A program made the translations under genes and the position numbers. A stretch of DNA of 28,433 nucleotides, from contig NIVC01001882.1 in assembly GCA_002269645.1 (NCBI GenBank), forward strand, positions 1 through 28,433, written 5' to 3'. This DNA is from Macrostomum lignano (Eukaryota). The number at the start of each line of letters is the position of its first letter. Position 1 is the stretch's first letter. Below are positions 1 to 10,254 of the stretch, one piece after another. The notes below the pieces were generated by a model. That model searched no databases, was not told the DNA's origin, and worked only from the letters and a program-made list of their open reading frames with translations.

Positions 1-1271
1 TAAAGTTGTGCGATGATTGTTTGTTTGTTTGTCTGTTTGTTTGTGTGTTGCATAACTCCTCCTAGAATACTTGCAAGTCAGCGTTGAAACTTTTATGGGG
101 AAACTGCAAATTTCCGGGACTGCAGTGGGCTATTTCAATTTTTTATTTCACATTTTAAGATCCCTAAAAAAGCAGAAAACTGATTTCCTAACCTTCTCTG
201 GACACTTTTTTTCTGCTCGGAGCCGAAAATTTGCATGATTTTGAGCGATTGCGCCACAACTTTCTCCTATCTCTGTAGTGTATTTTCTGTCGCAGTGGGG
301 GTTGTCGCGTTCTCAGTGGCAGCGTGTGTACAAGCGGACCCCGGCTGAAAAATTTGAACTGTGTGTATTCGTGGGTGGTGGGTAAGTAACGCAATTATAT
401 GGCTATATGTGCTGAGATTCAATTGGTTTTATTATCAGCGCCTTTCAATTGACTGCCTGTGCATTGGTTAGACAGTGAATTCAAATGAATAAACTTGCGG
501 GCCTCTTTAGCAGGCAGTGAACGTATGAACGTACACTCAATATTGCAATGCTATAAATCGGCAAATTTCAAACTCAGACTGTTGCTGGAGTTTTTAACTT
601 TGAGAGGAGAGACTTATATTGCTGGAAAGAACTTGCAACGCTGAGTTCGGGGATATAAATTGTTTGCTTTAAATATGAAAACTAAATGCTCTGCATTGGA
701 AAAACTATTTCCATACTTTTAACTTTTGAAAAGATTGTACTCATTTTAGGAGTTCAATGGTGTTCGACTGACCCCCAACAGTTGGGGGGGGGGGTTCAAT
801 TTCTAATTGCCACTGCGTATTGGAAGGGGGTCGGTCGCTGTGTATTGGATGGAGGGTTGATTTAGATTGCGCAATATTTTTGTTAACTTTAACTGAGACT
901 GATACTGACTGACTTAGAAATACGAGCGTAAATTGCGCAATCTTTTGATTCAATTATCTCATTTTTTATCGGACCTTTTCAAACACGCAGCTCTGTGCAG
1001 CTCCAACCTAACCCTAACCCTAACCACTGAATCCTGAGAGTTTAGTTGTTTGACGGAGAAACTTTCGATTGAGTCCAGTTTCACGGAGAGGATTTCTGTT
1101 TCGCGGAGAGGATTTCGATCGTGTTCAGTTTCACAGAGAGGATTTTGATGATTTGGAGAACAGTTAGATAATGGGATTCGGGTCTTGGGATTCAGCTGAT
1201 GGAGTTCAGGGAATGGAATTCCGGTGATGGGAGTTCTTCCCCTTTCTCCTCCATCGGAGGAGTTGGCCTCG
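1..1271 (+). mobile_element. Array unit 1 (short form, no purine tract; first ~10 nt outside window)
   Basis: Starts TAAAGTTG + (GTTT)n; CCCTAA tract ~1003-1025; 30-bp satellite remnant ~1050-1150; degenerate hairpin, CTCG at 1268-1271. Confidence 0.7.
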
Positions 1272-2491
1272 TTTAATACTAAAAGTGGTTGCGTTGTTTG
1301 TCTGTATGTATGTCAGTTCGATAACTCCTCCTAGAATACTTGCAACAGCGTTGAAACTTATATGGGGAAAAACTGCAAATTTTCCGAGGAGGCTTTAGGC
1401 TATTTTAATCTTTCATTTTCAATTTTTAAGATCCCTAAAAAAGCAGAAAATGGCGGGTCTTGACCTTTGATAATCTTAATTGTCCCCTCTTTCTGCTTGG
1501 AGCTGAAAATTGCATCAATTTTAGTGATTGCGCCATAAAATTTTTCTATCTTGGCAGTGTATTTTCTCTCAAGTGGGGGGATGGTCGCGTTCTCAGTGGC
1601 TGCGTGTGTACACTTGAACCCTGGCTCACTGACTGACTTTATAGACAATTGCGCAACTATTTGTGTTCTGTTTTTTAACAGGAAGCCCTGTGTATTTTTT
1701 GCACAGTGAAATTCAGTGCATTTTAATGCATAAACTTGCGAGCATCTTTAGCAGGCAGTGAACGTACACTCGATATTTCAATGCTTAAAATCAGAAAGTT
1801 TCAAACACTAACTGTTGCTCGAGTTTTGAACTTAGAGAGGAGAGACTTATATTGCTGGAAAGATCTTGCTGCAATGAGTTCGGGGATATAAGTTTTTTGC
1901 TTTAAATATGAAAATTAAATTCACAGCATTCAAGAAAAGATTTTCATACTTTTAGCTTTCTGCAAAGATTGTGCTCATTTTGGAGTTCAATGGGGGTTCG
2001 ACCGACCCCCAATAGTTGGTGGGGGGGGTTCAATTTCTAGCTGCACTGCGTATTGGAAGGGGGTCGGTTGCTGTGTATTTGAGGGTTGATTTAGATTGCG
2101 CAATCTTTTTGTTAACTTTAACTGAGGCTGATACTGACTGCCTGAGAAATAAGTTGCGCAATTTAATTGGTTCAATGTTTTTACGGCGCCTTTCAACACG
2201 CAGCTGTCAACCCTAACCCTAACCCTAACCAATGAATTCTGAGAGCTGGGCTATTTGACGTAGAAATTTCGATTTAGTCCAGTTTCACGGAGAGGATTTC
2301 TATTTCGCGGAGAATATTTCGATGGTGTTCAGTTTCACGGAGAGGATTTCGATAGTGTTCAGTTTCACGGAGACGATTTCTGTTGCGCGGAGAGGTGTTG
2401 GAAAATGGGATTCCGCTGATGGAGTTCAGGGAATGGAATTCCGCTGATTGGAGTTCTTCCCCTTTCTTCTCCGAAGGAGGAGTTGGCCTCG
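1272..2491 (+). mobile_element. Array unit 2 (short form)
   Basis: Same module order; CCCTAA tract 2209-2230; satellite ~2270-2395; CTCG at 2488-2491. Confidence 0.7.
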
Positions 2492-3499
2492 TCTATCTAT
2501 ATATACTAAAGTTGACGCGTTGTTTGTCTGTCTGTCTGTGTGTCTGTCTGTCATTTCGACAACTCCTCCTTGAATAGTGGCAACTCAGCGTTGAAACTTA
2601 TATGGGAAGATTGGAAATTATCCGAGGTCGGCTATAGGCTATTTTAATTCTGAAATTTTAATTTCTTAAATCCTCAAAAAAGCAGAAAACGGCGGTCTTG
2701 ACCTTTGATAATCTTAATTGTCCCCTCTTTCTGCTTGGAGCTGAAAATTTGCATGAATTTCAAGTGATTGCGCCACAACTTTTCCCTATCTCTGCAGTGT
2801 ATTTTCTCTCCAGTGGGGGGATGGGGCGTTCTAAATGGCTGCCTGTGTACAATCGGACCCTGGCTCACTGGCTGACTGTATAGACAATTGCGCAAAGATT
2901 TGTGTTCTAATTTTCAATAGGCAGCCCTGTGATTTTGTTGAACGTTGAAATTCAATGCATAAACTTGCGGGCCTCTTTAGCAGGCAGTGAACGTACAATC
3001 GATATTTCAATGCTTTAAATCAGAAAGTTTCAAACGCAAACTGTTGCTCGAGTTTTTAACTTTGAGAGAAAAAATTTATATTGCTGGAAAGAACTTGCAA
3101 AGCTGATTTCAGGGATATAAATTGTTTGCTTCAAATATGAAAACTAAAAGCTCTGCATTGCAAAAACTATTTCCATACTTTAAACTTTCTGCAAAGATTG
3201 TACTCATTTTGGCGAGAGGTGAGAGATAAAGTTGGGGGTTTCGACTTCCAACTGGCGCTGTGTATAGGAAGGGGGTCAGTTGCTTTGTATTGGAGGGTTG
3301 ATTTAGATTGCGCAATGTTTTTGTTAACTTTAACTGAGACTGATACTGACTGACTGTGAAATCGGTTGCGCAATGAATTGATTCAATTAGTTCAATAGTT
3401 TATCAGTGCCTTTTAACACGAAGCTGTGCGTAGTTCTAACCCTAACCCTAACCCTAACCAATGAATCCGGAGAGTTGAGTTGTTTGACGGAAAAAATTG

Positions 3500-3975
3500 A
3501 TTGAGTCCAGTTTAGCGGAGACGATTTCAATGTTTTAATTTTGACAAAGAGGATTTCTGTTTCGTGGAGAGGATTTCGATGGTGCTCAGTTTCACGGAGA
3601 GGATTTTGATGATGTTCAGCTTCACGGAGAGGATTTCTGTTTCGCGGAGTTAAATTTATGATTGATTTCTGCTTTATGGAGACGATTTTGATAGATTTAA
3701 GTTTCAAGGAGAGGATTTCGAAGGTGTTCAGTTTCACGGAGAGGATTTCGAAGGTGTTCAGTTTCACGGAGAGGATTTCGATGATGTTCAGCTTCACGGA
3801 GAGGATTTCTGTTTCGCGGAGATAATTTATGATTGATTTCTGTTTTATGGAGACGATTTTGATGGATTTAAGTTTCAAGGAGAGGATTTCGAAGGAGTCC
3901 AGTTTCACGGAGAGGATTTCGATGGTTTTCAGTTGCACGGACAGGATTTCTGCTTCGCGGAGAGGATCTTGATGG
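3500..3975. repeat. 30-bp satellite (GTGTTCAGTTTCACGGAGAGGATTTCGAAG-like, with 18-bp variants) inside each array unit
   Basis: 30-nt periodicity at 3721-3800. Equivalent blocks at ~6240-6570, ~8460-8965 and ~11720-11875, with remnants in units 1-2. Explains the repetitive EILSVKLN.. ORFs. Confidence 0.9.
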
Positions 3976-3997
3976 ATTTGGCATCTTCAATCAGTCA

Positions 3998-5110
3998 GAG
4001 AAGAGAGTAAAGAGAAGAATGAAAAGAGAAGAGAGATGAGATGATAGAAAACAGAGTAGAAATGAGTGGAGAGATTAGACATGACAGATGGGAGAGAAGA
4101 GGAAAGTAAGGCGGGAACGAAGGAGAGAGAAGAGAAGAGGAGAGAGGAGATGAAGGGAGAGGATATGAGAGAGGAGATATGAGATTGCAGAGAGGAGACA
4201 GGATGGAGAAGAAAGGAGGGACAAGAGCGTACAGAGGCAATAGAAGAGAGGAAAGAGAGGAGAGAGGTGAGAGGTGAGAGGAGAGAGATGAAAGATCAGA
4301 GATCAGAGATTTAAGAGAAGAAAGTAGTGAGGAGAAAGAAGAGGGTAAAGATGAGAGTGCAGAGAGGAGAGAAACGAGAGGAGACAGGTGGTAGAAAGGA
4401 GTGTAAAAACAGCAGATAAGAAAGGGGAGGGTGAGAGTGAGAGCATATAGGAAAGTGTAAAAGGGGAGCAGAGGAGAGAGAATATATAAGTGAGTAGAGA
4501 AGAGATATGAGAGAGGAAAGACGAGGGGAGAGAGGAGACAGGAGAGAGTAAATTTGAAAGACCTGGGAGAAGAGATAAAAAAGATAGTACAGATGAGAGG
4601 AGAGAGAGAGAGGAGAGATGAGAGATGCAATGAGAAAAGAGATGAGTGAGAAAATAAGAGAGAGAAGAGATTAGAGATTAGAGAAGAGATGAGGGGAGAT
4701 GAGAGTAGAGAAGAGAGAATGGAGAGGAGAGAAAAGAGAAGAGAGGAGACAGGTGATGCAGTAGAAAGGAGGGAAGAAAGATGGGAGATAAGAAAGGAGA
4801 GGGTGAGAGCGTATAAGAGATACGAGAAATGAGAGCAGAGAGAAGAGAGAAAAAAGAAGAGAGAAAGTAGAGCGGAGACGATAGATAAGTGATTAGAGAT
4901 TAGATATGAGAGAGGAGAGAAAAGGGGAGAGATAAGATAGAAGATAGGAGAGTAGACAGGATAGGGTACAGACGAAAGACGAGGGAGAAGAGATAAATAA
5001 GGGAGTAGAGATAAATAAGAGAGTAGGGGTAGAGATGAGATGAGAGAGAGGAGAGAGAAGCGAGTCACGATAATAGCGAAGAGAGGAGAGAGTAGATATG
5101 AGAGACGTAA
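3998..5110 (+). repeat. Purine-rich (GA) low-complexity tract
   Basis: Plus strand almost entirely G/A; near-identical copy at ~8982-10095 and related tracts at ~6583-7290 and ~11890-12555. Confidence 0.9.
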
Positions 5111-5271
5111 GAGTCTTTGAGCTATGGTCTTTGAAAGATTTTGTAAAGAATTTGGAGACGATTTGGAAGATAGGGTTAAAGACATGGAATTTCAGTTGAT
5201 GGATATTTCAGGGAATAGAATTCCGGTGATGGGAGTTCTTCCCCTTTCTCCTCCGAAGGAGGAGTTCCACT

Positions 5272-7455
5272 TATATACTAAAGTTGACGTGTTGTTTGTC
5301 TGTCTGTCTGTCTGTCATTTCGACAACTCCTCCTTGAATAGTGCAACTCAGCGTTGAAACTTATATGGGAAGATTGGAAATTATCCGAGGTCGGCTATAG
5401 GCTATTTTAATTCTGAAATTTTAATTTCTAAGATCCTCAAAAAAGCAGAAAACTTGAATCTTGACCTTTGATAATCTTAATTGTCCCCTCTTTCTGCTTG
5501 GAGCTGAAAAATGCATGAATTTTTAGTGATTGCGCCACAACTTTTCCCTATCTCTGTAGTGTATTTTCTTCCAGTGGGGGTGGGAGCGTTCTCAGTGGCT
5601 GCGTGTGTACACTTGGACCCTGGCTCACTGGCTGACTTTATAGATAATTGCGCAATGATATGGCTACTGATAAGTTTTCCTGCCTTTCAATGGGCAGTCC
5701 TGTGTATTTGTTGGACATTGAAATTCAATGCATCAACTTGCAAGCAGGCAGTGAACGTACACTCGATACTTCAATGCTATAAATCAGACAGTTTCAAACG
5801 CTAACTGTTCCTCGAGTTTTAAACTTTGAGAGGAGAAACTTATATTGCTGGCAAGATCTTGCAACGCTGAGTTCGGGGATATAAGTTGTTTGCTTTAAAT
5901 ATGAAAAGAAAAAGCACAGCATTTGAAAAACTATTTCCATACTTTTAACTTTCTGCAAAGATTGTACTTTAATCTGCAAAGATTGTTGGGGGAGGGTTCA
6001 ACTTCTCACTGCTGCTGTGTATTGGAGGGTTGATTTAGATTGCGCAATGTTTTTGTTAACTTTACCTGAGGCTGATACTGACTGACTGTGAAATCGGTTG
6101 CGCAATGAATTGATTCAATTAGTTCAATATTTTTATCTGTGCCTTTTAACACGAAGCTGTGCGTAGTTCTAACCCTAACCCTAACCCTAACCCTAATGAA
6201 TCTGGCGAGTTGAGTTGTTTGACGGAAAAAATTCGATTAAGTCAAGTTTAGCGGAGACGATTTCAATGTTTAAATTCTGACGGAGAAGATTTCTGTTTCG
6301 TGGAGAGGATTTCGATGATGTTCAGTTTCACGAAAGGATTTCCATGGTGTTCAGTTTCACGGAGAGGATTTCGATCATGTTCAGCTTCACGGAGAGGCTT
6401 TCTGTTTCGCGGAGATAATTTATGATTGATTTCTGTTTTATGGAAACAATTTTGATGGATTTAAGTTTCAAGGAGAGGATTTCGAAGGAGTCCAGTTTCA
6501 CTGAGAGGATTTCGATGGTTTTTAGTTGCACAGACAGGATTTTTGCTTCGCGGAGAGGATCTTGATGGATTTGGCATCTTCAATCAGTCAGAGAAGAGAG
6601 TAAAGAGAAGACTGAAAAGAGAAGAGAGAAGAGATGATAGAAAACAGAGTATAATTGAGTGGAGAGATTAGACATGACAGATTGGAGATGATAGGAGAGA
6701 GAATAGATGAGGGATAAGAGCGTACAGAGGCAATAGAAGAGAGGGAGAGTAGAGGAGAAAGAAAGAGTGAGATGAGGAGATGAGGGATGAGAGAGAGGGG
6801 AGAGAGGAGACAGGAGAGAGTACAGACGAAAGACTAGGGAGAAGATATAAATAAGGTAGTAAAGATGAGAGGAGAGAGAGGAGAGAGAAGCGAAAGGAGA
6901 AGAGAGTGAGGAGAGAGGAGAGAGATGAAAGGAGCAAGGAAAGGAGAAAAGAGAGAATGGAGAGAATAAAAAGAGAGAAGAGAAGAGACAGGGGATAGTG
7001 AAAAGGAGGAAGAAAGATGGGAGACAAGAAAGTAGTGTCAGAGCGTATATGAAATATGAGAAATGAGAGCAGAGAGAAGAGAAAAGAGAAGAGAGAGAGA
7101 GGGTTAAGAGAGACGATAGATAAGTGAGTAGAGATGACATATGAGAGAGGAGAGAAGAGGGAGAGATAAGAGTGAAGAGAGGAGACAGAAGACAGGAGAA
7201 GGTACAGACGAAAGACGAGGGAGAAGAGATAAATAAGGGAGCAGGGGTAGAGATGAGATGAGAGAGAGGAGAGAGGAGATATGAGAGACTTGAGAGTCTT
7301 TGAGCATGGTCTTTGAAAGATTTTGTAAAGAATTTGGAGACGATTTGGAAGATAGGGTTAAAGACATGGAATTTCAGTTGATGGATATTTCAGGGAATAG
7401 AATTCCGGTGATGGGAGTTCTTCCCCTTTCTCCTCCGAAGGAGGAGTTCCACTCG
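5272..7455 (+). mobile_element. Array unit 4 (long form)
   Basis: CCCTAA 6169-6196; satellite ~6240-6570; purine tract ~6583-7290; CTCG at 7452-7455. Confidence 0.75.
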
Positions 7456-10254
7456 TATATACTAAAGTTGACGCGTTGTTTGTCTGTCTGTCTGTGTGTC
7501 TGTCTGTCATTTCGACAACTCCTCCTTGAATAGTGGCAACTCAGCGTTGAAACTTATATGGGAAGATTGGAAATTATCCGAGGTCGGCTATAGGCTATTT
7601 TAATTCTGAAATTTTAATTTCTAAATCCTCAAAAAAGCAGAAAACGGCGGTCTTGACCTTTGATAATCTTAATTGTCCCCTCTTTCTGCTTGGAGCTGAA
7701 AATTTGCATGAATTTCAAGTGATTGCGCCACAACTTTTCCCTATCTCTGCAGTGTATTTTCTCTCCAGTGGGGGGATGGGGCGTTCTAAATGGCTGCCTG
7801 TGTACAATCGGACCCTGGCTCACTGGCTGACTGTATAGACAATTGCGCAAAGATTTGTGTTCTAATTTTCAATAGGCAGCCCTGTGATTTTGTTGAACGT
7901 TGAAATTCAATGCATAAACTTGCGGGCCTCTTTAGCAGGCAGTGAACGTACAATCGATATTTCAATGCTTTAAATCAGAAAGTTTCAAACGCAAACTGTT
8001 GCTCGAGTTTTTAACTTTGAGAGAAAAAATTTATATTGCTGGAAAGAACTTGCAAAGCTGATTTCAGGGATATAAATTGTTTGCTTCAAATATGAAAACT
8101 AAAAGCTCTGCATTGCAAAAACTATTTCCATACTTTAAACTTTCTGCAAAGATTGTACTCATTTTGGCGAGAGGTGAGAGATAAAGTTGGGGTTTCGACT
8201 TCCAACTGGCGCTGTGTATAGGAAGGGGGTCAGTTGCTTTGTATTGGAGGGTTGATTTAGATTGCGCAATGTTTTTGTTAACTTTAACTGAGACTGATAC
8301 TGACTGACTGTGAAATCGGTTGCGCAATGAATTGATTCAATTAGTTCAATAGTTTATCAGTGCCTTTTAACACGAAGCTGTGCGTAGTTCTAACCCTAAC
8401 CCTAACCCTAACCAATGAATCCGGAGAGTTGAGTTGTTTGACGGAAAAAATTGATTGAGTCCAGTTTAGCGGAGACGATTTCAATGTTTTAATTTTGACA
8501 AAGAGGATTTCTGTTTCGTGGAGAGGATTTCGATGGTGCTCAGTTTCACGGAGAGGATTTTGATGATGTTCAGCTTCACGGAGAGGATTTCTGTTTCGCG
8601 GAGTTAAATTTATGATTGATTTCTGCTTTATGGAGACGATTTTGATAGATTTAAGTTTCAAGGAGAGGATTTCGAAGGAGTCCAGTATCACGGAGAGGAT
8701 TTCGAAGGTGTTCAGTTTCACGGAGAGGATTTCGAAGGTGTTCAGTTTCACGGAGAGGATTTCGATGATGTTCAGCTTCACGGAGAGGATTTCTGTTTCG
8801 CGGAGATAATTTATGATTGATTTCTGTTTTATGGAGACGATTTTGATGGATTTAAGTTTCAAGGAGAGGATTTCGAAGGAGTCCAGTTTCACGGAGAGGA
8901 TTTCGATGGTTTTCAGTTGCACGGACAGGATTTCTGCTTCGCGGAGAGGATTTTGATGGATTTGGCATCTTAAATCAGTCAGAGAAGAGAGTAAAGAGAA
9001 GAATGAAAAGAGAAGAGAGATGAGATGATAGAAAACAGAGTAGAAATGAGTGGAGAGATTAGACATGACAGATGGGAGAGAAGAGGAAAGTAAGGCGGGA
9101 ACGAAGGAGAGAGAAGAGAAGAGGAGAGAGGAGATGAAGGGAGAGGATATGAGAGAGGAGATATGAGATTGCAGAGAGGAGACAGGATGGAGAAGAAAGG
9201 AGGGACAAGAGCGTACAGAGGCAATAGAAGAGAGGAAAGAGAGGAGAGAGGTGAGAGGTGAGAGGAGAGAGATGAAAGATCAGAGATCAGAGATTTAAGA
9301 GAAGAAAGTAGTGAGGAGAAAGAAGAGGGTAAAGATGAGAGTGCAGAGAGGAGAGAAACGAGAGGAGACAGGTGGTAGAAAGGAGTGTAAAAACAGCAGA
9401 TAAGAAAGGGGAGGGTGAGAGTGAGAGCATATAGGAAAGTGTAAAAGGGGAGCAGAGGAGAGAGAATATATAAGTGAGTAGAGAAGAGATATGAGAGAGG
9501 AAAGACGAGGGGAGAGAGGAGACAGGAGAGAGTAAATTTGAAAGACCTGGGAGAAGAGATAAAAAAGATAGTACAGATGAGAGGAGAGAGAGAGAGGAGA
9601 GATGAGAGATGCAATGAGAAAAGAGATGAGTGAGAAAATAAGAGAGAGAAGAGATTAGAGATTAGAGAAGAGATGAGGGGAGATGAGAGTAGAGAAGAGA
9701 GAATGGAGAGGAGAGAAAAGAGAAGAGAGGAGACAGGTGATGCAGTAGAAAGGAGGGAAGAAAGATGGGAGATAAGAAAGGAGAGGGTGAGAGCGTATAA
9801 GAGATACGAGAAATGAGAGCAGAGAGAAGAGAGAAAAAAGAAGAGAGAAAGTAGAGCGGAGACGATAGATAAGTGATTAGAGATTAGATATGAGAGAGGA
9901 GAGAAAAGGGGAGAGATAAGATAGAAGATAGGAGAGTAGACAGGATAGGGTACAGACGAAAGACGAGGGAGAAGAGATAAATAAGGGAGTAGAGATAAAT
10001 AAGAGAGTAGGGGTAGAGATGAGATGAGAGAGAGGAGAGAGAAGCGAGTCACGATAATAGCGAAGAGAGGAGAGAGTAGATATGAGAGACGTAAGAGTCT
10101 TTGAGCTATGGTCTTTGAAAGATTTTGTAAAGAATTTGGAGACGATTTGGAAGATAGGGTTAAAGACATGGAATTTCAGTTGATGGATATTTCAGGGAAT
10201 AGAATTCCGGTGATGGGAGTTCTTCCCCTTTCTCCTCCGAAGGAGGAGTTCCAC
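7456..10254 (+). mobile_element. Array unit 5 (near-identical to unit 3)
   Basis: Identical ORF translations at 2674/7629 and 3995/8979; CCCTAA 8390-8413; satellite ~8460-8965; purine tract ~8982-10095. Confidence 0.75.

Larger units (their letters stand above)
2492..5271 (+). mobile_element. Array unit 3 (long form)
   Basis: Head TCTATCTATATATACTAAAG; CCCTAA 3436-3459; 30-bp satellite ~3500-3975; purine tract ~3998-5110; hairpin 5248-5264. Confidence 0.75.

Noticed and set aside
1003-1025. True chromosome end
   Set aside because: Only 3-4 CCCTAA units, internal and repeated with each element.
3387-3938. ORFs with EILSVKLN repeats resembling leucine-rich repeats (also 8341-9066)
   Set aside because: Translation of the 30-bp satellite; interrupted differently in each unit.
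3995-5185. 396-aa Leu/Ser-rich ORF (and copies at 8979-10169, 6580-7140, 11880-12621) resembling a membrane protein
   Set aside because: It is the C/T-rich complement of the purine tract; scarcity of G and A makes stops rare. No motif, and it lies inside a repeat.
5124-5357. Recurrent plus-strand ORF MVFERFCKEFGDD.. at unit tails
   Set aside because: Runs through the hairpin and junction into the next unit's microsatellite; no resemblance to Rep/helicase motifs that I can recognise.
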